A stretch of 64,000 nucleotides of DNA. It comes from the human T2T-CHM13v2.0 reference genome, Homo sapiens. The stretch lies in NCBI RefSeq assembly GCF_009914755.1, contig NC_060930.1. The stretch is one strand, 5' to 3'. Under the pieces are notes generated by a model. It was not told where the DNA came from. It saw nothing but the letters and a program-made list of their open reading frames with translations, and did no database searches. Position numbers and translations under genes: made by a program. Below, in pieces: positions 1 through 14,579 of the stretch; position 1 is the first letter of the stretch, and each line of letters begins with the position of its first letter.

Positions 1-624
1 ATTTCTGTTTTGCACGGTCATTGTTAGGACCACAGATAGAAATGTTTTTTCCTTCCTGCTAGCAACTTGGGACACATACCAAGTAAACTTGAAACAGCTC
101 CAGATATTAAGTAAAAAACATTCAAATAAACATGCATTTATTATATTCTTAGAATTTTCAGCATAAAATGGTTCCCCTTTTCAAAGATCTACATGGTAGT
201 TAAGAAGACAAGATTCACATTAATGGCATATCCAGAGTTCAATAGGACATCTGTCCAATAATGAAGTGTTAATTTGGTGAAACAGATGCTAAGTGTCTAG
301 GAATTCAGAGAAAGTGAGACCACCATAGCTAGAACTACAAGGAAGACTACATGGAAAAGATTTAACCAGGGTCAACGATAAAGTGTAGAATTTTGAGAGG
401 AGAAAAAAGAGACAAATGAATAGCAAGGCGTAAGGGTAAAAAAAATAGGTGTGTGAACAATGTGGTGTGTACAAATCACCTGAGTACACCAGCCTGAACA
501 AAAGATTATTCAAAATCAGCATTTCCTAAAGTATCTTCTGTATAATGCTAGATCCCAGGAAGAGAATAAATGCATGATCTGCAACCACAAGTAAAATGGT
601 TAACTATGAGGTCACCAGAGATTA

Positions 625-797
625 AATGTTTGGTTCTGAATCCTAACCTTCCACCTCTGAATTGTGTGAACTTGAACACGTTACTTAATCTCTCTTGTAA
701 AATGGGGATACCAAGGGTACCTATTCCACAGTGAATATTAAATAAGCAAACTATTCTATTAGGACCTGGCACACAATAAGCATGTATTGTATGTTAA
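625..797 (+). mobile_element. MIR SINE, diverged
   Basis: MIR core words: ctgaatcct..., tgtgtgaacttgaacacgttacttaatctctct, tgtaaaatggggata, cctggcacacaataagc. Boundaries approximate. Confidence 0.6.
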
Positions 798-1129
798 TTC
801 TTTTTAGCGTTATGTTTTTCCTTTTAAAAAATTTGTGATCAAATAGTTTTAGGAATAGATGTATTAAGTAAAATTGCACAGGATTATTTGCACATGATTT
901 CCCAGAAACCTTGATATAATAATGTGTCTTATAATATATCTCAAAACAGTCAGAGTATCCCAAATTTAATTGGCCTTTTTGTTTGGAACACAGCAGGTTT
1001 TCTGCGTAAGATTTTGGGAAATGCTGTTATATGTAATACAAGGCAAGTATGTTTAAAAGTATATCTGCCCCACAACCTTGAGTTTGTAGTGATACTGTTG
1101 ACATATGAAATAATTTATTATTATCAATA

Positions 1130-1310
1130 ATAACTAATACATACTGAGTACCATATGTTAGTCCTCCTAGCAGCAACCCTATAAGGTAGACACTAATATT
1201 ATCTCCCCTTTTTCTATATACAGGAAGCAGTTCTTAGAGAATTTATATTTGAAGGCTCACAGTTCTAGTAAGTGGCAGAGCTTGCATTCATACTCAAAGT
1301 TTATAGACTT
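1130..1310 (-). mobile_element. MIR SINE, diverged
   Basis: Antisense MIR words: cagcaaccctataaggtagacacta, gaaggctcacag...agtaagtggcagagc. Confidence 0.55.
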
Positions 1311-1640
1311 AACTGATGATTACATGATACCACACAGAACAGTCTGTCCTTCTTTGGTGTCTTATGGCCTTACCTTCTACCTCAAATTGGCTTGTCAGAA
1401 ACTTTCTTCTGAAAAATACAGAGAGTATTTTGGGGAGCTATAATTTTATTCATCTCCTTACAGAAATAGGCACTTTTGAAACCACATTCCAAAGCACATA
1501 TTGTAGTTTTGTTGAGTTTGCAGGGGGCTTTTATTCAGCCTTCACACACCACATGAGTTATGTTATCACAGGGCTCAGTTACTAAGCCAATCTTGGTGGT
1601 TTGAGAGGTGTGTACATTTCAGAGCCTAATGTATGCCATT

Positions 1641-2022
1641 TGCTGTGGCTTGATGTGTCCTCCAATTTTTACGTGCTGGAAACTTAATCCCCAATGTGGC
1701 AGTATTGAAAGGTGGGGCCTTTAAGAGGTCACTGAACCATGAGGGCTATCATGAGTTATCATGGGAGTGGAACTGGTGGCTTTTACAAGAGGAAGAAAAA
1801 CCTGAGTGAACATGTTAGCACACTTAGCCCTCTCACCACGTGATGTTCTGTGCCACTTCCAGCCTGCTGAGTTTCCACCAGGAAGAAAGCCCTCACCAGA
1901 TGTTGAGCCATGCCCTTGGATTTCCCAGCCTCCAGAATTATAAAAAAAAATTAATTTATTTTCTTTATAAATTACCCAGGTTCAGGTATACTATTATAAG
2001 CAACAAAAAACAGACTAAGGCA
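1641..2022 (+). mobile_element. MaLR solo LTR (MSTC/MSTB-like)
   Basis: Begins TG(ctgtggcttgatgtgtcc) and ends (cagactaagg)CA. Internal aacttaatccccaatgtggcagtattgaaaggtggggcctttaagagg and cttggatttcccagcctccagaa are typical of MST LTRs. Confidence 0.85.
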
Positions 2023-3357
2023 CTGTTTCGTGATTTTTCATTAATTTTGTTCTTTGATCATGTTCTGCTCCACAAACTGGAAGATCTCTATCCTGGGAAA
2101 TTGAAAATACTGACTGGCAATAAGGTCAATGACAGTCTTCCTCAAAGTGTGGCCTGCCACTGTCTAGTGCTAGTTCCCGAGCTCTTTGCTGCTATCTGAG
2201 ATTAAGTACAGAACTTGATGTGAGCATTTACAAAGTTTACAGGAACTTAACAAAGTAATTTTATGTTTATTAAATCTATCATTAAATTGGGGGTGTTGTA
2301 ATTTGTATGTTTTTGTTTTCACTTTTGTTACTAGTTTTCATTATACTTTACAAAGATATCAGTCTGTAGATATAAGGGGGAAGAGTTAGAGAAGCACCAA
2401 ACTAGGAGGTGGGAAGTTACTTTAGAAAGGAAATTTTTGTCCATCCCAGTCATCTCACCACAGTATAGTATTCTCTTAAAATGCCTAACTTCCTATCTGA
2501 AATTAACTATACAAAAAAAATATGCACTTTAACTCTGGAATGCTGAACAGAAAATGGGATGTGAAAGGAATTAAATTCCTCTCTAACCTGTTCTTTTTCT
2601 CTTTGCAGTTTTCAGTAGTTTACCAATATAATTTATATAAAGCAATGAATACTCTATTTATAGGCACTAATGTTTAAAACTGAGATATTTGGGAAAAATT
2701 GCTCTGGAAGTTAAATTTGTAATCTTTTGATATTGGTGCCATGAGGAAACCATGACTTTCCACAGAATGCCTTTTGATGCTGCTATCAGAAACAGGCTTA
2801 TGAGTTGACTGGATGACAGAACTGCACCAGTATGACATTTAAGTCTTTTATAGTTTACATGCAAAAAGAAGGACTAGGGCATGAGTGTGAAGGCTACATG
2901 TTGAGGGAGGATATGACTCAAAGGTTGTGGGGTCAGAGGGAAAAAAATGATAAATCATGACATTACATACACATAGCTAATATTCAATAGCCTGTGTAAA
3001 AGGAACCATAAGTCAGGGCAGGTAGACAAAACCAGTCTTGAGAAAGGAAAACCAGAAGTAGTTATCACAAATATTACATTACCCTTTCCTAGAAAAAAAT
3101 GCAATAAAATACTGAAAGAAATCCCTTTGGAATTACCTATTAAAACTGCTGTACATTCTGAGAAATTTTAATTGAGAATTCAGTGTCACCTAAGAATGAA
3201 AAAATTGAGGGCCAAAATGGTTCCTTCTATACTGTTGCAGAAAGAGATGCAGAAAGCTGATAAGAAATTCCAGAAGGTCATTAGGTATATTTTAGTATCA
3301 AAAAAATGAAACCTGAAAATGATAAAATTTAATGTTTTATATTTAAAAAAATAATAT

Positions 3358-3678
<321 letters not shown>

Positions 3679-4989
3679 ATGTTTTTTTGGTTTGGTTTTA
3701 AAATTTGCTCAACTTTTATTGGCCTGTAAGTGACTTGTCTATTTTATTGGCATAAAAAGGGTTTGTGTCTATTCACATATAATACACATCTCTAAAAATT
3801 CTGTGTATCATCTGCTTTTCTATATTCTCCCATTAGCCTATATGATTATCAGGTACTATTTTTTCTTGCTTGACTCCACATTCTAAAATTAGCACTTCTG
3901 TTTTCCTCACAGTCTAAAACAAAGGCCTCAAAGATATAACATTTTTGAAATGGAAAAAAAACAAATTATGTAGCACTGAATTCATAGGTCAAAAATATAT
4001 CAAAAGTTTAACCCACATTAAGATTTCCTTCATGTAGTAGCTGTACAATATATTACTCATCTTAGGAAGTAGCTTTACTTTGAGTTCCCCTATTTACTGA
4101 CAGCTGTGTTTATACAGAGAACAGCCTTGCCAAATTATTTGTTGCCTTTTGCTGTATAAAGTTGCTTTCTCCTTAATTCAGAATGTTTTAATTTAACGTT
4201 ATTCATTCCTTTACTTTTACTTACAGCTTTTATTTTCCTAAATTATCTGTTCTTTTGTTTTCTGCTATTCTGGTAAGTGTTTAAGGACTTTTAAACAAAC
4301 AAAAATACAGTTTAACCCTATGCTACTGTATCCTTTCTTTTAGCAAAATCATATTTGTTAAATGCAAGGAAATGTTGACTGGACATGTAAAACCCCCTTC
4401 ATGCCTGTATTATTATAATACAACATTTTAGCTCTTCTCTACTCAATTTTACTATAAACTTCTGCCAAAATGCTCTTCTTTTAAGCACTTCTTCCTATTA
4501 AGTCTCTTTCTGTGGAAAAATCTATACCAGCTGACAATTGCCTCCCATTTTAGGTCTAAATTTCTCTCCTCTATCATAATACTCACTACAATTCTCTCCC
4601 AGCCCACCAGTCCAAAACTGTCTCTTCCCCATGGTCCTGCATATGTTTTCCACTTTAAGTAAGCATATCTTACTGTTCAACAAACTTGGCAGCAGCATCC
4701 CTGCCTCTGGGAGGTTGTTTGTGCTGGTCTCCACCTCTGGAACGTTCTTTGACTTACTTATAGTTCGAGAGCTGCCTTCCTCTTGAAAATTTCTCTTATT
4801 GCCTTAGCACTTAATTTTTCTCATTTACATATGCTCTTAATTACCAGTCTTTTCAAGGACATTTGTCATATCTCCATAATTAAATTGTTAACCCATCAAT
4901 TTAGCAAAAGGAACATAAAAGATTACACAGATTCCCAAAGTCCATGAATCATCATAACAGAATAAAGTTCTAATATGGAAAGATGTAAG

Positions 4990-5330
4990 TATAAGACTGT
5001 TCAATGTCATTCTATTTGCTGTGACAAAAGTCCAGAAATACTCTAAATGTCCATCCATAGGAGATTGATTAAATAAATTGCAGCATATTTGTGTCATATT
5101 ATATAGCAATTAGTTAGATCAAAATATTTTGACCTTAGAGAATACTCACACTATATTGCTAAGTAGGGATAGCAAGGTTCAGAGCAACATATATATACAA
5201 TGGCTGCATTTTTATAAAAACACAAAGAATAGAAACACAGTCACTGGATTAACACCAATTGCCAGGGTTGGGGAGTAGAAAATTGAAAGGAGAGTGATGG
5301 GGAAAAAGACTGAAGTGAAATGGAAAAATA
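4990..5330 (+). mobile_element. Ancient L1 (L1ME-like) 3' UTR fragment
   Basis: ctaaatgtccatccataggagattgattaaataaattg matches old L1 3' UTR wording. Confidence 0.5.
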
Positions 5331-5332
5331 CA

Positions 5333-5725
5333 TGTGATAGTCATTCTGCTTCCTAATATTTGGTTCTTCTTACCTTTTGTACAGATGGAACTATGAACTT
5401 TTCTGGCATTCTTGTGGTGGGATGGTGCCTTGTGACTAGTTCTGACCAATGAGTTGTGAGCAGAAGTGAAGTGTGGCCAGAGCACTTAATTGCCAACTAG
5501 AAACTTCCAGAGTTTCTTTCCCACTTCTTCAATGATTGTGAAGTGATGTTCCCACAAAGCTTTCATTCCTGAGTTCCTGAGAGACTACAGAAGGATGCAA
5601 ATCAGAGACCTCTGCTGACTCACCTGAAAACATGGGCAAGAAATAAACTTTTCTTGCATTATGCTACTGAAAGTCTGGAGTTGTTTGTTACTGTGGCATA
5701 ACCAGTCTATTGTAACAGATATAAT
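5333..5725 (+). mobile_element. MLT1 (H/I/J-like) MaLR LTR
   Basis: tgtgactagttctgaccaatgagttgtgagcagaagtga, aagaaataaactt, ggagttgtttgttactgtggcataacc. Confidence 0.65.
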
Positions 5726-6277
5726 ACATAATAATAATAGCATAAAAGAGTTTTATATGCATTTTTTATTTTATCCAGGCACAAGATTAAAAATTTTTAA
5801 TAGTGCTAAAAAGCTATAAAAAAAATTAATATTGCCTCACTGTTACTAAAAAGAGTTCTATTCCCCAGAAGCAACTAATTTCATGCTTTTAGCAAATTTT
5901 ATGGCACTCAACTCTATGACACCAAATGATGTGCTTATACTGCTATTCCTTAATTTATCAAGTTTAAACACCACTTCCTATTATTTTATCTCAGGATTCT
6001 ACTCTTTTATAGCAAAATCACCATTCCCAATATCGCCAACAATAATAACCTGACTTTACTTCCCCGATTCTCCTAATATATCAGATTTTTAGTTAAGATA
6101 GCCAACTAATATTACATAATTATGACTATGTAATTAATCATTCACAGAAATAGCTATCACCCTCAAACTTTTCTTGGCCAATATGCTGAGAATCCTTTTA
6201 CCTCTTATGTTCTCTGGGTTCTGTATTTCTATTTCTTACATTCTCCTGTGGTTCTTTAAGAAAAAAATACAGGACAG

Positions 6278-6590
6278 GGCCAGGCGCGGTGGCTCACGCC
6301 TGTAATCCTAGCATTTTGGGAGCCTGAGGTGAGTGGATTACAAGGTCAGGCGTTCAAGACCAGTCTGGCCAACGTGGTGAAACCCCATCTCTACTAAAAA
6401 AAAAAAATACAAATTAGCTGGGCATGGTGGTGGGCGCTTGTAATCCCAGCTACTGGGGAGGCTGAGGCAGGAGAATGGCTTGAACCCAGAAGACCCAGGA
6501 GGCGGAGGTGCAGTGAGCCAAGATCATGCCACTACATTCCAGCCTGGGTGACAGAGCAAGACTCCATCTCAAAAAAAAAAAAAAAAGAAA
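6278..6590 (+). mobile_element. Alu (AluSg-like) with perfect 17-bp TSD
   Basis: TSD aaaaaaatacaggacag at 6261-6277 and 6591-6607. Small internal duplication acccagaag/acccaggag in the right arm. Confidence 0.95.
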
Positions 6591-7921
6591 AAAAAAATAC
6601 AGGACAGATAATTTTTTGAGAACTATAATTTTTAGGGAGGAAATGGTTTTTCATCCTAATTTTGAAAGTACTTCTCCATTGTTTTCTAGCTCACAAACTT
6701 TCTTGGATCAATGTATGCCATTCTTAGCTCTAGATTGAAAATATGACATTTTGTCAATCTGGATGCTTTCAGGATTTTGTATCTCCTAATAAATCCTGAT
6801 GTGGGTCTTTTTTTATTCTGGACATTTGACAGGCCCTTTAATATGGAAATGCATGCCCTTATACTGATTATTTGAAATTTCTTTTAATTTTTTGGTCCTC
6901 TATAATTTCTCTTAAGTGAATGTTGCCTCCACAAGCCTGTTGGAACCTAGATTGAGCCTCAATTTTCTGTTTCTTTTTATTTTGTCTTATCTTTTTATAC
7001 ACCATTCTGCTTTCTTAGATATTTCTTCAATATCACCATCTAGCACTTCTATTTAATTTTAATTTGGGGTATGATATTTTTAATACCTATGAGTCTTTTT
7101 TGCTTCTCAATATTACTCTTTATAGTATCCCATTCTAACGCTATGGATGCAGTGTTTTCTCATTTCTCTGAGGATCTTAACTCACGGTTTTGTAAAAAGC
7201 TTTCTTCTATCCCTTTATTGTATTTATTTCCTTTTTCCTGTTTAATTGTTATAGCCTCTATTCAGTGAAGGAGGCTTTTGCTAAATATTTTTTGGTCATC
7301 CTTGGATATCAGTTCATGTTTAAGAATAAAGCTCGAACGGGTAATTGGAAGACTCCATGCAGGAAGAGGTGATGAGAAGGGAAGCTTAGCAGTGGAGGGG
7401 GACAGGGAATTGTCAATTGGTTGGCTTCACCAGATGCGTAGATAACAAGATGGATTTCCTACTGAGGCTCCTCCTATATCAGAATACCTTCATCTTTTCA
7501 GTTTCTCCAGAGAAGGACTCTCCAATCTCCTGCCTGAGAAATGTATGCCTGAGAACCAGCACTCTGGTAGGCAGCAGCGAGTTAGGAGCAGTGTGGCTCA
7601 CCGTTGAATATAAAGACCACTTGATTCCCTTTTTCAATGAAGCAGTTCACTCCTCAGCTCCTTCCTCCCTAAATGAAGAGCCAATCTGATTTTAATGTCT
7701 CTAAAGAAATAGTGCAGGTTTCTACACTCCTAGAGGAGTACTCACAATGTTCCGGGAGAAAATAAACACCGAGAATTTGCTTCCTATGTAAATTGTCAAT
7801 TAACCTCTCTTGTTTTTAACCCCATGATCTTTGCTGCACTTGGAACCTCTGTCTTTGGAGCCTTTGCTATTTTCTGCAGAGAAAACTCAGCTTGCTTTCC
7901 TATAGTTTCCCTTCTGGGGAC

Positions 7922-8042
7922 ACTTTCAGCTGTACCTTTCTTTTAAATACCTTTCTCTCTTTAATATGTAGCTTCCAAAGGTAAACTTTCAGCTGTACCT
8001 TTCTTTTAAATACCTTTCTCTCTTTAATATCTAGCTTCCAAA
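7922..8042. repeat. 58-bp near-tandem duplication
   Basis: Copies at 7922-7979 and 7985-8042, one mismatch, 5-bp spacer ggtaa. Confidence 0.95.
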
Positions 8043-8526
8043 AACTTGTTGCCCTCTCTTGCCTGTTATCTCTTCATTCTGTCTCTTTATCCTTTCAAAT
8101 TTATACTTGTTTTATTCCCTTATTACTTTAGTAGATTTGTGAAAGAGAGCAGATATGAACACTTGTGTTACCTGTGCTATGTTTATCCAGAAGACAAATA
8201 TAAAATAACAAAAAAGAAAATGGCAAGCTCTTTGAGGACAGGCTTTACACCCAGTTGACCTATAGCACCTATTGCAACAAGGGGCAGATAGAAGTTACTA
8301 AGTAAGAACTTTATTTGTATGAAGAAGACTTTATGGGTTAAACATTCATTGAAAGTGTACTGACACTTCAAACATGGGAACAAAGAATTTCTCACTTACT
8401 GCGCTAGGGCCTCTTTCTGGAGGCATTTAAAGTAAATTTGACCAAATCTTCCTCCCACTCATCCTTCTATTTGTTTTGATTTTGGATAAAAAAAGAACAT
8501 TTTGTTTAGTCTTTTTCTTCTGCAGA

Positions 8527-8609
8527 CATGTGTATGGGTTGGAAATGGAAAAGGGATTTGGTTACTCTTCCTCACGTGGGTTTACGTGGCCTAAGAACCC
8601 ATCCACGTG
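8527..8609. promoter_or_regulatory. Candidate E-box/HRE cluster
   Basis: CATGTG 8527-8532, CACGTG 8573-8578, TACGTG 8583-8588, CACGTG 8604-8609 in non-repeat DNA. Confidence 0.3.
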
Positions 8610-9494
8610 TCCTGCCAAATCCACAGCCTGTGACACACAGAGCGCAATGCTGACTTTTTTCCATGTATCCAATACCAGATAAATGTATGATATGTTAAAG
8701 ATTTTCAAGCTAAGCCACTCTAAAGGACAGGGGTGGAAGGAGAAGGGCACATTTCTCAGCCATCTGTTACTGCCCCATTCCGACAGCACTGGTTCCTCAC
8801 AGCCTGACACCAAGGGACTCAACAGATGGAGGAATGTGGTTTTAAGTTCGCTGAGTTAATTGTACTTTTCTCTACTTGCAGCCCTCGGATTTAGACATCA
8901 GAAATGCCTGAACCCTTCATCTCAATAAACAACCGAGTTAGTGCTGGAGGAGCATATCTGAGTGATGTCTAAGAAATGGATCCCTCCATTATATGCCAGT
9001 TTCACCAGAAAATTCTTTATATATGGTTCTCTTATTAGAGTAATTTTCACTAAGGATTTAGCTTATTACAAGACGTGGGATCTGTGTTGTATAATTGTTC
9101 ATTCAAAAGTCAGCAAAGATCTTTTCAAGAAAATTTATAAAAATATTTAATCAAAGGAACATTCTTGGACTTAAAATTCCAAAAAGAGCCACAAATACAT
9201 CTCTTTCATTCTCAGCTCTACCCTCCTATTATTAAAAAAAAAAAAAAAAAAAAAAATCACCATTAAGCAGTGGCAAGCAAAGCGCAAGTGAAGGAAAGGA
9301 GAGAATGATTAATTTTCTATGCTCGCAGGTACTAATTTCATTTTTCTTTACAACAATCTTAAAGGATGCAAAAAATGAGAAAGACATCCTCTCCCAAATA
9401 TTTTAACTAGGTTTCAAAAAGGCCACGTTTGAGGAAAATAAGTTTTTTTCCATAAATTTTTTTAACACTAATGTAACAGGGGAAGAAGGCTCTG

Positions 9495-9695
9495 GCATTT
9501 GTTTACTATCCACTTTCTACCAGAACTCTGATATGTCCCTTTACATAAACTATCTCATTCAATCTTCACAGCAATCCAGTAAAACAGGTATTATTGTCCC
9601 TATTTCACAGATGACAAAACTGAGACCTAGTTCCAGGGTTGCTCAGTGAATATAGAACATAGTCAGAATTTGAACCCAAATCTTGTTTAGTTTGA
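9495..9695 (-). mobile_element. MIR SINE
   Basis: tctcattcaatcttcacagcaatcc, tttcacagatgacaaaactgagac, gaatttgaacccaaatct. Confidence 0.75.
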
Positions 9696-9704
9696 ATTAT
9701 GTGA

Positions 9705-9920
9705 CAGTTGGCATGGCATAGTGGTAAAAAAGCACAGATTTTAGAACAAGATTACCTATGTTTGAATCTTGATTGTATCCTTTCTAAATGACCTTAGGTA
9801 AGTTGTTTTGCTTCTCTGCTTTAGTTTTCTAATCAATAAAATGGAGATAATCAAATTAGTAATCTCACATGGACACTAGAAATTAAATGAAGACCTGCAA
9901 AGTCTTTAAGAACAATGCTT
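9705..9920 (+). mobile_element. MIR SINE; 3' end interrupted by the L1PA6-like element
   Basis: ggcatggcatagtggtaaaaaagcacaga, tgaccttaggtaagtt, taaaatggagataat. Confidence 0.7.
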
Positions 9921-10211
9921 TGGTGGGCATTCCAAGATGGCCAAATAGGAACAGCTCTGTTCTGCAGCTCCCAGCGTGACCAACGCAGAAGATGGGTGAT
10001 TTCTGCATTTCCAACTGAGGTACCTGTTTCATCTCATTGGGACTGGTTGGACAGGGGGTGCAGCCCATGGAGGGTGAGTTGAAGCAGGGCAGGGTGTCGC
10101 CTCACCCAGGAAGCATAAGGGGTTGGGGGATTTCCCTTTCCTACCCAAGGGAAGCTATGACAGACTGTACCTGGAAAAATGGGACACTCCCACCCAAATA
10201 CTGTGCTCTTC

Positions 10212-10361
10212 CTACAGTCTTAGCAACTGGCAGACAAGGAGATTCTCTCCTGTGCCTGGCTCAGTGGGTCCCATGCCCACGGGGCCTTGCTCATTGCTAG
10301 CACAGCAGTCTGAGATCGAACTGCGAGGTGGCAGCCTGGCTGGGGGAGGGGCATCCGCCAT
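10212..10361 (-). CDS. ORF0: L1 antisense ORF0 homologue, 49 aa (MADAPPPARLPPRSSISDCCASNEQGPVGMGPTEPGTGENLLVCQLLRL*)
   Basis: Hand-translated; below the ORF-track cut-off. Context gcaATGg. N-terminus resembles primate L1 ORF0 (MAGAPPPASLPPCSLISDCCASN...). Truncated by TAG at 10214-10212. Confidence 0.6.
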   Translation of the reverse strand: MADAPPPARLPPRSSISDCCASNEQGPVGMGPTEPGTGENLLVCQLLRL

Positions 10362-10942
10362 TGCTGAGGCTTGAGTAGGTAAACAAAGCAGCCAGGAAGC
10401 TCAAACTGGGTGGAGCCCACCACAGCTCAACAAGGCCCACTGCCTCTACACTCCACCTCTGTGGGCAGGGCATAGCTGAACAAAAGACAGCAGACAACTT
10501 CTGCAGACTTAAACAGCCCTGTCTGACAGCTCTGAAAAGAGCAGTGGTTCTCCCAGCACGGCGTTTGAGCTCTGAGAACAAACAGACTGCCTCCTCAAGT
10601 GGGTCCCTGACCCCCATTTAGCCTAACTGGGAGACACCTCCCAGTAGGGACCAACAAACACCTCATATAGGCGGCTGCCCCTCTGGGACGAAGCTTCCAG
10701 AGGAAGGATCAGGCAGCAATACTTGCTGTTCTGCAGCCTCCGTTGGTGATACCCAGGCAAACAAGGTCTGGAGTGGACCTCCAGCAAACTCCAACAGACC
10801 TGCAGCTGAGGGACCTGACCGTTAGAAGGAAAAATAACAAACAGAAAGGAATAGCATCAACATCAACAAAAAGGACATCCACACAAAAACCCCAACTGTA
10901 GGTCACCAACATCAAAGACCAAAGTTAGGTAAAACCACAAAG

Positions 10943-12993
<2,051 letters not shown>

Positions 12994-13125
12994 CTATTTG
13001 TTAAGTGGCTTAGTTCAGGGGAAACTAAACAAAATCTTCTTAATTGTCATTTTATTTTTATAAAAAATTTTTTGAAGTTTAAAAGAAAATTAAAATAACT
13101 TACACTGTATGTATCCTTACTTAAA

Positions 13126-13127
<2 letters not shown>

Positions 13128-13161
<34 letters not shown>
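13128..13161. repeat. (GT)17 microsatellite
   Basis: Read directly. Confidence 0.97.
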
Positions 13162-13163
<2 letters not shown>

Positions 13164-14104
13164 AGAAATTGATGCCCCTGCTGGATGGAGATGAAGGTGG
13201 GCTCAGGGCAGGAGTTGTTGCAGTGAAAGAGGTGGCTAAGGAAATTGAAGAACTTCACACAACAATGAAAAAGAGTAAGGGATGGGTGATGGTAGATTCT
13301 CTGAGCTGCTCTTTTAATCTCTTCTTCTTCTGTTCCCACAAACACTTCTACAATTCCCACAGTACTACTCCCACAAATCCTATTCCCCGAGAGCCAATTC
13401 GGCTCATGGAAACTGCCCAAGATTCTGTGTGACACAATGAATCTGGGTGTTTCTTTAAACACAGCGTAAGGGAATCTTGCTAAATACTTTTGGGCCCAAA
13501 GATATACCATTATTCCTTATGTGTTCACCCTTTTTATCAACACAAGATCTGGAAACACAGGGAAGTTGCAACACCTGTCTATTTCCTGATAGGGCAGAAA
13601 GGAAAATAGTAGCTATCAGTTATTTAGTACACACTATTTATTAATCTCTGCATTTCATTTATATTACTATCAATCCTCACAACAATTTGGCAGGGAAGTA
13701 GTTTTATTCCTCTTAGAAGATAAAGCAATTATGTTCAAAAGAAACAAAACAAATGAAAAGCCAATAAGCAACAAAACAAGAATTCAACTTCATGGGTTTT
13801 GAGCCCAAAGTCCATGGATTTTCCAATATACCTGATTGTGATTAATGCTTTTAGAAACCTCTAAATAGAAATGTGCTTGCTTCAGGGGCAGATTAATTGA
13901 GAATATATGTAGGGATTTATTTTTATTTAGCTGGTTTGCTCTATATTCAAAAAAAAAATTGAAGTGGCTTGAAATAAGGACTAATAAAGTTGAGAACTTT
14001 TGGCCACTATAGTAGTGTAGGAAGATGCCAAAAGTCCATTCCCCCACTGGAAACATGTATAAATTACTGGGGAGAAAATGTTCAAAAGCAAAAAAGGAAA
14101 ACCT

Positions 14105-14280
14105 ATAGCATTAGGAGATATACCTAATGTAAATGATGAGTTAATGGGTGCAGCACACCAACATGGCACATGTATACATACGTAACAAACCTGCACGTTG
14201 TGCACATGTACCCTAGAACTTAAAGTATAATAAAATATATATATATAAAATTTAATTTAATTTAATTTAATTTAAAAAAA
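14105..14280 (+). mobile_element. Severely 5'-truncated L1PA 3' end; tail decayed into (TA)n/(TTTAA)n
   Basis: gcattaggagatatacctaatgtaaat...gaacttaaagtataataaa. TSD aaaggaaaacctatag 14093-14108 vs aaaagaaaacctacag 14281-14296 (14/16). Confidence 0.9.
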
Positions 14281-14579
14281 AAAAGAAAACCTACAGATGC
14301 CAGAAATGAAAAGAAAACTCAAAACCAGAGTCACCTATAGAAACTCCTGGAAGTCTCAGAAGTATATAAGCCTGAGAGAGGCAATGACATCACAGGCACA
14401 GGGCAACACAGAAGCTGGAATTAAACTTGGAATCCAGGAAATGTTTATCTGTCCATAAAATAAGGACTAGAAAATTTCTGCCAGCTAGACTGGAAAAGCA
14501 GGAGAATGCTGGCCGAGAATTTTCCACCATTAAAAAAACATGATTGCTCAGATTGAAGGAGCTAACCAAGAATAAAAAG

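Larger units (their letters stand above)
5730..8200 (-). mobile_element. Ancient, highly decayed L1M/L1ME (ORF1/5' region), interrupted by an Alu
   Basis: T-rich antisense L1-like stretches (tcttttttattctggacatttgacaggccctttta, ttcttagatatttcttcaa). Boundaries uncertain. Confidence 0.4.
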
